The notes beneath the pieces were generated by a model. It was not told the origin of the DNA and searched no databases. It worked only from the letters and a program-made list of their open reading frames with translations. A stretch of 64,000 nucleotides of DNA from Thermoanaerobaculia bacterium (lineage in GTDB: Bacteria > Acidobacteriota > Thermoanaerobaculia > Multivoradales > Multivoraceae): NCBI GenBank assembly GCA_963664405.1, contig OY761158.1, forward strand, positions 2,144,001 through 2,208,000, given 5' to 3'. Every line of letters starts with the position of its first letter. Positions within the stretch are counted from its first letter, which is position 1. Below are positions 19,032 through 28,155 of this stretch, piece after piece. Position numbers and translations under genes: made by a program.

Positions 19032-19889
19032 ATGATGAAAAAAGCTTTCCGAGCCGATCAGAGGGTGGGATTGGTCGCGCTGGCGGCCGCCGTCGCCCTG
19101 GCGACGATCGCTCACGCTAACGATCCGAACGCCGGAGAGCGCTATCGCGTCAAGCCCGGAAGCGTGGTTGTTGCCTGCGGTGGTTTTCTGCCTCGCTGCG
19201 AGGTGCAGCAACTACGAGGAACCCTGACTCTCGGCTCGGAGCATGACAAGCCGGCGATCCTCGCTTCCGACCTCGAGATCAGCGCCGGCTCTTCTGCCCA
19301 CTTCCCCTTTCCGTCCGTCGGTGATCTTCAGCTGACCGAGCTCGTGGGGAGTGGCTCCGGGTCCGTGCTTCGCTTCGAGAGCCCCGCCGCCAGCCCACAA
19401 GGGGTCGCCCTCGACATTTTCCCTTTTGAAGAGGACCTGGGAAACGACGAGCACGAAGGGCTGGTTCTGGACGGTGTCTACGACGAGGGCTGTTGCGATC
19501 GTTTCACTCTGGACTTCGGCAACATCGTGCTGCGTCATGACTCCGGCGCCGACGCTCTCGAGCTCCACGGGCAACGCTTTCGCATTGGTGTCGAATGGCA
19601 GGGATTCTCCGGCCAGAGCGGCATCGGCCACCCCATCGTTCTCGACGACCAGTCGGGCTACTTCTGGTTCCTGGGCCCGGACAACCCCGAGATCTTCGTC
19701 AAGATTCTGGATGCCTGCAGCCTCAGCGAGACCTACTGGGTCTTCGTCAGTGGTCTCACCAACCTCGGGGTGGAGATCTCCATCTTCGATGAGCTTGGCG
19801 ATATCGCCATCCCGGTAACGAACCCCAAGCGCCGAAGGTTCGAGACCTTCATCGATACGAGTACCTTCGTCTGTCAAACGGGAGGTTGA
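19032..19889 (+). CDS. Secreted hypothetical protein with an acidobacterial-type C-terminal domain
   Basis: Signal peptide; C-terminal GYFWFLGPDNPEIFVKILDAC...YWVFVSGLTN. Confidence 0.7.
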   Translation: MMKKAFRADQRVGLVALAAAVALATIAHANDPNAGERYRVKPGSVVVACGGFLPRCEVQQLRGTLTLGSEHDKPAILASDLEISAGSSAHFPFPSVGDLQLTELVGSGSGSVLRFESPAASPQGVALDIFPFEEDLGNDEHEGLVLDGVYDEGCCDRFTLDFGNIVLRHDSGADALELHGQRFRIGVEWQGFSGQSGIGHPIVLDDQSGYFWFLGPDNPEIFVKILDACSLSETYWVFVSGLTNLGVEISIFDELGDIAIPVTNPKRRRFETFIDTSTFVCQTGG

Positions 19890-19893
19890 GCCG

Positions 19894-22536
19894 CTAACGA
19901 GCTCCCCCGGAAGCCATCGCTCCAGTCGGCCTCCGACCTACCCAGAAGGGGCTGGACCACGCACGCCCACCATCCAGTTGGGAAACGCGGACATAGTAGT
20001 AGTCGCCGGGCGCTCCGGGCTCCATGTCGACGAAGTCGAAACTCTGATGCCAGGGAGCTTCGGGATCGACGATCTGCAGCGCGACCCGATCCTGATGGCG
20101 ACCGACCGGAAGCACCTGTTCGACGCGACTGTCGTCGAGATCGCGCAAGCGCAGCTCGACATGGGCGGCGGGAATGTCCACCGGCTCACGGACCAGGGGC
20201 GGAGCGAAGCCGTTCTCGCGCGCGGCCTCGAAGTCGAAGATGAAGGCAGTGTCGGCCGACGAGCCCTCTAACTCCACCAAGAGGGTGTGCATGCGCCCAC
20301 GAGTCTCGACGTAGAAGCGAATCTCGTCGGAGCCCTCCGGCTCTACCCTCGCCCATTCGAGATAGCGATTCTTCAGACCCGGCGTCTGCAGGCTCAGCAC
20401 CTTCGCGCCTTCGACCCGCAAGGTGCCGGTCCACACCCGATAGACACGCGGGTTGTCGCGATCGGGCACGAAGACTTCCGACGAAGACTCGAAGCCCACC
20501 TGCACCCAGGCGTGATCGCTGAGCGGCGCCGACATGTAGCTGCGACTGAGGATGACCTCGGCGTTACGCACGACATCAATGCGATCGATGGGGGCCGTGC
20601 CGAGCACCTGGCACGCGATCTCGCGGCGATCGGCAGCCTCCAACCGCGTCCCCATCGGCTCTCCGTTGAGAGTCGCGTCGACGACGATGCGCTCACCCGT
20701 AGTGGCGTAGGCGCGCAACGAGCGCAGCCCATCAAAGATCCCGTCGGTGGTCTTTGCCGGCGCCAGCACCGCCGCCAGACCCCCGCCTTGAACCTGCGGC
20801 GAAAAGAATAGCCCCGGCGCGTATCCGGGCTTCGATCGGTGGTCGTCCGATGCCGAGATGAAGCCGATCTCGAAACCGTTCAATAGATAGCGATTGCCGA
20901 ACCACTCGAAAGTACCGTGCATCGAGGAGATCTCGACCAGCTTCTCCAAGTCCCCGTCGTTGGTGTTCCAGTCTCCCGCCTGGTGGGCATGTGGAATGAC
21001 CAGTACGTCCTCTACAGCGCTCTCTCGTCGCAAACCCTCGTAGAGATCAGCGAGAGCAGGAGCCTCCTGGTTCGGCACCCGACGGTGATCGGGGGTGCGG
21101 AAAAAGACGTTGTGATGGCCTCCGAGCTCGCGAGTCGCACTCCACTCGTAGCCGAGATAGGCGACGAATCTCCCTTGCTCGGTGAAGCTGCGGCTCATCT
21201 CCTGGAACATTCGCCACTCCGAGTCGTCCATTGAGGAGTCGTGGTCGGTCAGCGAAACGAAATCGAGGCGGGCATCGTCGCGGGCGTAGGTGAAGAACTG
21301 CTGCGCCGAGCCCTGACCCTCGGCATAACCGGAGTGACCGTGGGTCTCCCCCCAATACACACGGTAGGGGGGATCCTCGCTCACCCAGATCGGGTTGCTC
21401 ACAGCGTGGAGATCCCCATCCGCCGATCGCACCTCGAAGCGGTGAGGGCCAGGAGTCGAGATTCGAAGATCCGTAAGCACGACGATCGGCTCTTCCCCGG
21501 CCTGGACTGTCGCCACGGCCTCCTCCCCCAGCAGTACCTCGTAGGCGGGAGTGGCGCCGCTGCTGCGGTTGGTGTAGCGATCCTCACTGCGCACGATCAG
21601 CTCGAAGGGCTCGTCGACGGCCACCACCGACGGAGCAAAAGCCACCACCGCACGCACCTCTTCGCGCCCGACAACCTCCAATCCTGGCCAGTTGGCACTG
21701 TAGAAATGACCTTCGCCATCGAAGTCGAGGTAGATCGGCAGCAAGAGGTTGTCTGTGGTCAGGGTCTGGAGACGGAGGCCCGCCGACCCACCCTCGCGAT
21801 CGCCATAGGTGACCGTGAAGCTCTCCCCCTCTTCCAGGCTGCCGCTGAGCAGCCGAAAGCTGGGCATCGGCTTCGCATCCTTGAAGCCGCCGTGCCTCCC
21901 GCTGCGCGGAATGGTGAACTTCTCGAAGCTCACTTCGGGATCCGAGACGCGCAGAGAAACATAGCCATCGGCGGCGGGATCTTCGTGCTGCATATCTCCC
22001 TGGTCGGCCATGATCTGGCCACCGAGGAGAATCACGGCCCCGACTTCGAGCGGCTTGGTTCCAACCGTGTAGGTCTGCTCGATCGTGTTGTACGAGTCCG
22101 CGACCAAGGGCTCGGCTGACGCGAATCGCAGCGAGCCGATCGCTCCGGGATCCTCGTCTTTGACCCGGAGCTCGCGAATCATCCCGTCGAAACCGGCGAG
22201 CACTCGAGCCGGCGGCACCACACCCATGGTCGCGTCACGGGTCAGACGCATCACCGTAGTCGGGCCGTCGGCCGGCACCGCGCCCCCGGTCAGAGAGAAG
22301 GCGTTGCTCCACTGGAAGAAGACTTCGGAGCGCTCGACGAAGTTGCTCTCCGACGTCGGCTCCGCTTCGACCTCCTCCTTCAGTCGCTCGACGCGGAGGC
22401 GCAGCTCCGGGCTGAGGTAGTCCTCACGCTCCGAAGAAGGGGCCGAACAGGCACTGCAGACAACAATGGCAGCCAAGCCGTAGCTGCCTGCAAAGGCTCT
22501 CCAGAGACCTGTCCGCGGTTCCGATTCTCGCTTCAA
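19894..22536 (-). CDS. DUF3604/PHP-like metallohydrolase, probable lipoprotein
   Basis: WGETHGHS, LTDHD, GGHHNV, IPHAH, SDDH. The start is approximate (TTG before the VVCSAC signal); the longer ORF is antisense to the SDR gene. Confidence 0.8.
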   Translation of the reverse strand: MKRESEPRTGLWRAFAGSYGLAAIVVCSACSAPSSEREDYLSPELRLRVERLKEEVEAEPTSESNFVERSEVFFQWSNAFSLTGGAVPADGPTTVMRLTRDATMGVVPPARVLAGFDGMIRELRVKDEDPGAIGSLRFASAEPLVADSYNTIEQTYTVGTKPLEVGAVILLGGQIMADQGDMQHEDPAADGYVSLRVSDPEVSFEKFTIPRSGRHGGFKDAKPMPSFRLLSGSLEEGESFTVTYGDREGGSAGLRLQTLTTDNLLLPIYLDFDGEGHFYSANWPGLEVVGREEVRAVVAFAPSVVAVDEPFELIVRSEDRYTNRSSGATPAYEVLLGEEAVATVQAGEEPIVVLTDLRISTPGPHRFEVRSADGDLHAVSNPIWVSEDPPYRVYWGETHGHSGYAEGQGSAQQFFTYARDDARLDFVSLTDHDSSMDDSEWRMFQEMSRSFTEQGRFVAYLGYEWSATRELGGHHNVFFRTPDHRRVPNQEAPALADLYEGLRRESAVEDVLVIPHAHQAGDWNTNDGDLEKLVEISSMHGTFEWFGNRYLLNGFEIGFISASDDHRSKPGYAPGLFFSPQVQGGGLAAVLAPAKTTDGIFDGLRSLRAYATTGERIVVDATLNGEPMGTRLEAADRREIACQVLGTAPIDRIDVVRNAEVILSRSYMSAPLSDHAWVQVGFESSSEVFVPDRDNPRVYRVWTGTLRVEGAKVLSLQTPGLKNRYLEWARVEPEGSDEIRFYVETRGRMHTLLVELEGSSADTAFIFDFEAARENGFAPPLVREPVDIPAAHVELRLRDLDDSRVEQVLPVGRHQDRVALQIVDPEAPWHQSFDFVDMEPGAPGDYYYVRVSQLDGGRAWSSPFWVGRRPTGAMASGGAR

Positions 22537-22582
22537 AGCGTCTTTCAAGCTACCATTCCAACTAATCCTTGGCAACGAAAAA

Positions 22583-22598
22583 TAGATTGATTGGTCTA
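22583..22598. promoter_or_regulatory. Putative TetR-type operator
   Basis: TAGATTGATTGGTCTA between the divergent DUF3604 and SDR genes. Confidence 0.6.
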
Positions 22599-22663
22599 TC
22601 TTTTTTCCGGTAACCTGCCGCCCTCGGAACGAAGGAGTCAGCGCGTCAACAGGGGGCATCCAG

Positions 22664-23512
22664 ATGGGAATACTCGAAGGCAAGGTCGCCATCATCACCG
22701 GCGCCGGCAACGGTCTCGGCCGCTGCCACGCACTTCTCTTCGCAAGAGAAGGAGCGAGGGTCGTGGTCAACGATCCGGGCTGTGAGCGCGACGGCTCGGG
22801 CGAGGGCGATGCAGCGGACCAAGTCGTGCAAGAGATCCGAGACGCAGGAGGCGAGGCCGTCGCCGACAAAAACCCGGTCGGCACCTTCGAGGTCGCGCAG
22901 AAGATCGTCGACGGTGCCGTCGAGGCCTTCGGTGGTCTCGACATCCTGGTCAACAACGCCGGCATTCTGCGCGATCGCACTGCGCTCAAGATGTCTCCGG
23001 AGGACTGGTTCTCTGTGCTCACCGTGCACCTCACCGGCACTTTCTCCTGCCTCCAGGCGGCAGGGCGGGTGATGCGTGAGCAGGCCCGCGGTGGACGTAT
23101 CATCAATACCACCTCGATCGCCGGCCTCCAGGGCAACTTCGGCCAGAGCAACTACGCCGCCGCCAAGGCCGGGATCTATGCCGTGACCCGGACTGCCGCC
23201 ATCGAGCTCCAGCGAGGCGGCATCACTGTCAACGCCATCTCGCCGACAGCGCTGACAAGGCTCACCTCCGACAATGCCGGCGTGAGCGACGATTTCGGGC
23301 TGCGCTACGGCCCCGAGCAGGTGTCGCCGCTGGTCGCCTTTCTCGCTTCCGACGAAGCAGCCAACATCACCGGCCAGACCTTCGGGGTCGAAGGCACACA
23401 CATCTTCGCCTACCACATGCTGAGCACGGTGGGGGCGAAGATGCACGTCGGTGATGGGCCCTGGGAGCCAGCCGACCTCGCCGGACCGGTCCAACAGGCG
23501 ATGGCTTTCTGA
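22664..23512 (+). CDS. SDR family oxidoreductase (MFE-2/hydroxyacyl-CoA dehydrogenase-like)
   Basis: TGAGNGLG, NNAGILRD, GNFGQSNYAAAK. Confidence 0.92.
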   Translation: MGILEGKVAIITGAGNGLGRCHALLFAREGARVVVNDPGCERDGSGEGDAADQVVQEIRDAGGEAVADKNPVGTFEVAQKIVDGAVEAFGGLDILVNNAGILRDRTALKMSPEDWFSVLTVHLTGTFSCLQAAGRVMREQARGGRIINTTSIAGLQGNFGQSNYAAAKAGIYAVTRTAAIELQRGGITVNAISPTALTRLTSDNAGVSDDFGLRYGPEQVSPLVAFLASDEAANITGQTFGVEGTHIFAYHMLSTVGAKMHVGDGPWEPADLAGPVQQAMAF

Positions 23513-23527
23513 GGCGGAGCTCTGCGC

Positions 23528-26182
23528 GTGGAATCCATTGCAGTGTGGGCGCGGCGGGCGTCGTGGTGCCTGGTCGGCCTCCTTCTCTCTTGTGGCCCGA
23601 GCGACTACCAGGAGCCCGGCGCGGCCCCCCCCAAGGCGACGGATCTGCGTGCGCGCGTCGAGCAGCTCCGCCATGACGCTCGCAGAGAGCCGACCACGAA
23701 GGAGAATGTCTACCGCCGAGCCGACGTGGTCTGGGAGTGGGCCAACGCGATGGCCCTCGCCGGCGAGGTCATACCGGCCGATGTACCTCTGACCATCGCC
23801 TTGATTCGCTTCGCCGAGGCCGACGGGGGTGTGATCGATCTCACCCCGGGGATCGAGCTACCGCTCGAGCTCCACATCCCCCGGCTCGATCAGTACATCG
23901 CCGAGCTCGGGCTCAAGGAAGACGACCCGACGGCCCTCGGAAAATTGCACTTCCCTTCCCAGGAACCGCTGTTGGCGCGGAGTTGGGGGACCGTCGAAGA
24001 GATCTACACCGTCGGCACGACCGCAGTGGCGGTGGGAGGCGGTTTCCTCATCGGCAAAGCAGGCACCACAGATATCACGCGGCCACAGAACGAGGATCCC
24101 GCCGCCAACAACTACGTCACTGTCCGCTCGTCCAATCCAGACGTGCGTTTCGAGCCTCATCAGGTGCCCTGGAACGGGGTGCACTCCAACGTTCCGGCCA
24201 AACGCCCGCTGCCCGCCTTCCGAGTGGAAGGAGCCGGACTCGAGCCCGGCGACACGGTGACCGTCACTTTCGGTGACCGCTCTGGAGGCTCCCCGGGTCT
24301 GGTCATCCCGACCCACTCCAACGACGCCTTTCTGCTTCCGGTGTATGTCGACCTAGGGGGCGACGGCAACTACATGACACCGCGGTTCCCGGCTCGCGAA
24401 GTCGTCGGACAGCCCGAGCCAACGGCGGTCCGCCTGCTCGCCCCTTCGATCGTAAGGCCTGGTGAAAGTTTCACGCTGACGGTGCGAAGCGAAGACGAAG
24501 CCATGAATCGTTCGAGCGGGGAGAGTCCTGCCTACGAAGTTTCCCTCCACGGCGAGACGGTGGCGCGGATTCCTGCCGGTCTTGGCGCCCTCGCGACTCT
24601 GCCGGAGATCAGTCTCAACGAGCCCGGTATGCATCGCTTCCTCGTCCGCTCTGCAGACGCCGGCCTCGAAGGATGGAGTAACCCGATCTGGGTCGAGGAG
24701 GATCCGAAGCACCGCATCTACTGGGGAGATACCCACGGACACACCGGCCTAGCTGAGGGTCAGGGCTCGGCGCGCGCTTTCTTTCGCTACGCCAAAGACG
24801 ACGCGCGACTCGACTTCGTCACGCTCTCGGAGCACGACATCTGGATGGATGATTCCGAGTGGTTCACGATGCAGGATCTCACTCGCGAATTCAGTGCCGA
24901 TGGCGACCTGGTCGGCATCATCGGTTACGAGTGGACCGCCTTCAACAACCGCGGCGGTCACCACAATGTCTTCTTTCGCAAGCCGCTGAGCGCGCGCGTC
25001 GGTGTGCAGGACGCAACCAGGCTCGCCGACCTCTATCGCGAGCTGCACCGTCTCTACGATCCCGGCGACGTCCTCGTGATCCCCCATGCGCACCGCTCAG
25101 GTGATTGGACGCGCAGCGATCCCGAGCTCGAGCGTCTGGTCGAGCTCTATTCCGTTCACGGCAGCTTCGAGTGGTTCGCCAACAAGTACCTCATGAACGG
25201 CTTCGAGCTGGGTTTCGTCGCCGCCGCCGACGATCACCTCGCCAAGCCCGGTCTCTCCCCGCCACCCACCAGTAGCGTTTCGCAGCCCGGGGGGCTCGCG
25301 GCGGTGCTCGCCGGCGAGAAGACGACAGATGCCATCTTCGACTCGTTGCGCGGTCTTGCGACCTATGCCACGTCGGGGCAGCGCATCATCCTCGACGCGA
25401 GCCTCAACGGCTTCGCGATGGGCACGCGCCAGGCCGACACCAAGAACAGAGAGATCCGCTGTCGGGTGATGGGCACCTCCCCGATCGAGAGCATCGACGT
25501 GATCAAGAACGGCGAAGTCGTCCTCGGCCGGCGTTATCTCACCAAGCCTCTCACCCGGCACGCGTGGCTTCAGGTCGCCTTCGCCTCGTCCTCGGAAGTC
25601 ATCGGTCCCGAGCGCGACAACCCACGCGGTTACCGGCTGTGGAAGGGCACTCTCGAAGTCTCGGGAGCTCGTGTCGTCTCGCTCGATCCCGCGGGCATCG
25701 ACAACCCGGTGCGCGAATCGGTGGAGCTAGAGGAGGGCGGAAACAGGATCCGCTTCGAGATCCTGACTCGAGGCCGCGCCGATTCGATGCTCCTCGAGCT
25801 CGAAGGGGCGAGTGTCGACACCTCCCTTCATTTCACTGTCGAGCCCACCCGAGAGATAGGACCGGCGCCCATTTTGCGACCCGCCGCCAACATCGACGCC
25901 GTCGACATCCACCTCCGCCTTAGCGATCTCCAAAGCGGTAGGCTCGAGCACGAGCTCCTCGTCGGTGAGCACGTCGACAGCATCGCTCTACAGGTGATCG
26001 ATCCCGAAGGGGCCTTAGACCGAGATTTCGAGTACACCGATCTCGGCGAAAGAGCCAGCGGTGACTACTACTACGTGAGGGTCACTCAGCTCGACGGCGG
26101 CCGCGCCTGGTCGAGCCCGTTCTGGGTCGGCGAACGGGACCCCTACGGTGAAACGCGCCGGCGCCGGACTACCAGTAGGTAG
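23528..26182 (+). CDS. DUF3604/PHP-like metallohydrolase, lipoprotein
   Basis: LLSC lipobox; WGDTHGHT, SEHD, GGHHNV, ADDH; clear paralog of 19894-22536. Confidence 0.85.
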   Translation: MESIAVWARRASWCLVGLLLSCGPSDYQEPGAAPPKATDLRARVEQLRHDARREPTTKENVYRRADVVWEWANAMALAGEVIPADVPLTIALIRFAEADGGVIDLTPGIELPLELHIPRLDQYIAELGLKEDDPTALGKLHFPSQEPLLARSWGTVEEIYTVGTTAVAVGGGFLIGKAGTTDITRPQNEDPAANNYVTVRSSNPDVRFEPHQVPWNGVHSNVPAKRPLPAFRVEGAGLEPGDTVTVTFGDRSGGSPGLVIPTHSNDAFLLPVYVDLGGDGNYMTPRFPAREVVGQPEPTAVRLLAPSIVRPGESFTLTVRSEDEAMNRSSGESPAYEVSLHGETVARIPAGLGALATLPEISLNEPGMHRFLVRSADAGLEGWSNPIWVEEDPKHRIYWGDTHGHTGLAEGQGSARAFFRYAKDDARLDFVTLSEHDIWMDDSEWFTMQDLTREFSADGDLVGIIGYEWTAFNNRGGHHNVFFRKPLSARVGVQDATRLADLYRELHRLYDPGDVLVIPHAHRSGDWTRSDPELERLVELYSVHGSFEWFANKYLMNGFELGFVAAADDHLAKPGLSPPPTSSVSQPGGLAAVLAGEKTTDAIFDSLRGLATYATSGQRIILDASLNGFAMGTRQADTKNREIRCRVMGTSPIESIDVIKNGEVVLGRRYLTKPLTRHAWLQVAFASSSEVIGPERDNPRGYRLWKGTLEVSGARVVSLDPAGIDNPVRESVELEEGGNRIRFEILTRGRADSMLLELEGASVDTSLHFTVEPTREIGPAPILRPAANIDAVDIHLRLSDLQSGRLEHELLVGEHVDSIALQVIDPEGALDRDFEYTDLGERASGDYYYVRVTQLDGGRAWSSPFWVGERDPYGETRRRRTTSR

Positions 26183-26582
26183 AAAGCTGGCGAGCGCGAA
26201 GACCCGTCGAAAAGCGCCGGTCGAAGGTGGCAATCGCGTCGAGATCGCGGTCCGCCAGAACCGCGGCCAACATCGCGTCGGCGAAATCGGCGAAGACGCC
26301 AGGCCACAGATCGAGAAGGCGGGGCCACGGTGCATCGTCCAAAGGACGGACGCCTGGTAAGTGGAGCAGCTCTTCCAGCAGAGATGCGGTCTCGGCAGGA
26401 GAACGCCGATAGAGGTTCAAGAGCACGTAGACCATCTCGATCAACACCACCTGATGGAGCACAAGGGTCAACCTTCCCGCCGACGCCTCGCTCATCAGCT
26501 CCGCCGCCTTGGCCTGCTGTGCTGGGTCGCGGTCGGTCAGAAACGACAAAAGAACATTGGTGTCGATGAGCACACCTCTCAT
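26169..26582 (-). CDS. vapC: PIN-domain toxin
   Basis: IDTNVL, EMVYVL, FADA, TFD. Confidence 0.85.
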   Translation of the reverse strand: MRGVLIDTNVLLSFLTDRDPAQQAKAAELMSEASAGRLTLVLHQVVLIEMVYVLLNLYRRSPAETASLLEELLHLPGVRPLDDAPWPRLLDLWPGVFADFADAMLAAVLADRDLDAIATFDRRFSTGLRARQLSTYW

Positions 26583-26818
26583 CGAGGTTGAGCTTCCCGC
26601 TGCTCTCTGGCCCGCTCAATGTCGTCGACTGTCGAGCCTGGGCCGATACGCAGAGACCCGCGCCGTTGGAGGAAAGCCCGAGACGCAAGGCCGACCTGAA
26701 TCGCTCCATCGACAAGCTCCCAGCGCAGTACGTCGCCAGGGCCAAGCGCCAGCTTGTCGCGGACTTCCTTGGGAACCGTAGTCTGGTTCTTCGACGTGAT
26801 CTTGGATTGGGCCATCAT
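26579..26818 (-). CDS. AbrB/MazE/SpoVT-family antitoxin
   Basis: SKITSKNQTTVPKEVRDKLAL; ATGA overlap with the toxin gene. Confidence 0.85.
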   Translation of the reverse strand: MMAQSKITSKNQTTVPKEVRDKLALGPGDVLRWELVDGAIQVGLASRAFLQRRGSLRIGPGSTVDDIERAREQREAQPR

Positions 26819-26822
26819 CGAT

Positions 26823-26851
26823 TCCTTACTAATTATCCAATATCGTAAGGA
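26823..26851. promoter_or_regulatory. Toxin-antitoxin operator inverted repeat
   Basis: TCCTTAC-N15-GTAAGGA immediately upstream of the antitoxin. Confidence 0.6.
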
Positions 26852-26872
26852 GCCTCGCAACTCGCGCTCCTC

Positions 26873-26968
26873 CTAGACCTGCGTTTCCAAAGTTCGTGTA
26901 CATAGCTCGAGGTCATTCTGTTCGCTGGCTAGGCGTGCCGACGCGCGCGTTTCGCGCGTTGGCATATT
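26873..26968 (-). mobile_element. Truncated, inverted copy of the 6821 element
   Basis: CTAGACCTGCGTTTCCAAAG...GCTCGAGGTCATTCTGTTCGCTGG...GCCGACGC matches the reverse complement of the right half of 6821-6986. Confidence 0.75.
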
Positions 26969-27052
26969 GCGGAGTCGCGGAGCGATTCCGTCAACAGCGT
27001 GTTGAACGAAGCCGCGGGATCGAAGCGAGAGTCTATGTGGATTGTTCGGTGA

Positions 27053-27538
27053 TCAAGAGGATTGAGGCGGATCTGCGGCGAGGAATGGGAGCGAGAAGGC
27101 GCCAGTCTTCGTGGGCAACGACGCGGCGTTCTTGCCCGAGTAGAGGTCCATCCTGGCCATGTTCGCCTTGGTGTTCTCGTGCGCTACGATCTCGACCGGG
27201 GTCCCGAACTCGCTGTTGCTGCCGGCATGACCTGGATGCGCATGGGTGTTGATGATGGTCGTCACCTCGAGATCGGTCACTGCCGCGAGTGCGTCCCGTA
27301 CCGGTTCGCCCCAACCTGGGCGCTTGGTGTCGATCAACACCACGCCACCGTTGATCTCGTCGATGAAGGCCACCGAGTTACCACCGCCGCCGGAGAGGTG
27401 ATAGAGGGTATCGAACACACCCAAGGTGTCGATCCGAACGGTCTTCGGCTCCTGCGCCTGACCGCGCGCTGCGACGGCCGTTAGTGACACCAGTGACAGA
27501 GCCACGAGCCTCACTTCTAACCACGCCCACCGTTTCAT
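27053..27538 (-). pseudogene. MBL-fold hydrolase, 3'-truncated copy
   Basis: Near-identical to 41749-42708 up to LPTKT (27105), then unrelated sequence. Confidence 0.85.
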
Positions 27539-27619
27539 GAGAACCCTCCCCGGCAACCTCTCATCTCGCGAGGCCGGCGACGGGAAGCGAGTGTATACTG
27601 AGATGGCGAGGTGACTTTC

Positions 27620-28027
27620 ATGGGAACAAGGCTCGTCTTCGCGGTTGTCGGCTTCGGCATCCTGCTGGCTGCGGGACCCGTGCTGGCGCATCATGCGTTT
27701 TCGGCCGAATTCGACGCGAACAGGCCGCTTCAGCTACACGGCACCGTCACGAAAACGGAGTGGATAAACCCCCACTCGTGGATTCACATCGATGTGGAAG
27801 GCCCAGACGGCCAGGCGGTGAGTTGGGCCATTGAATTGGGCGCCCCGAACCGGTTGATTAGGCGGGGCCTGAACAAGAATTCGGTCCCGGTTGGCACGGA
27901 ACTGGTCATCAATGGCTTTGCTGCCAAGGACGGATCCAACACAGCGAACGGCAGGGACATCGCGTTGCCCGATGGGTCAACGTTCTTTGTGGGGTCGTCT
28001 GGCACTGGCGCTCCCGATGGGCGATAA
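27620..28027 (+). CDS. DUF6152 family secreted protein
   Basis: Signal peptide ending VLA-HHAFSAEFD; WINPHSWI. Confidence 0.8.
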   Translation: MGTRLVFAVVGFGILLAAGPVLAHHAFSAEFDANRPLQLHGTVTKTEWINPHSWIHIDVEGPDGQAVSWAIELGAPNRLIRRGLNKNSVPVGTELVINGFAAKDGSNTANGRDIALPDGSTFFVGSSGTGAPDGR

Positions 28028-28155
28028 GCAGGGTTGGGATCGCTGAACGGGTTCGTTCAATCTCACCATAGTCCGTCTGGACGCCAGGATGCTGCCGGAT
28101 TTGTTGGCCTGTGACCGGAGCACGTCCACTGAAAGGAAAAAAGGAGGGCTTGGGG

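Noticed and set aside
26985-27010. TCAACA-GCG-TGTTGA palindrome resembling abutted IS5/IS1182-type ends at the duplication boundary
   Set aside because: Too short, with no partner end or transposase to support it
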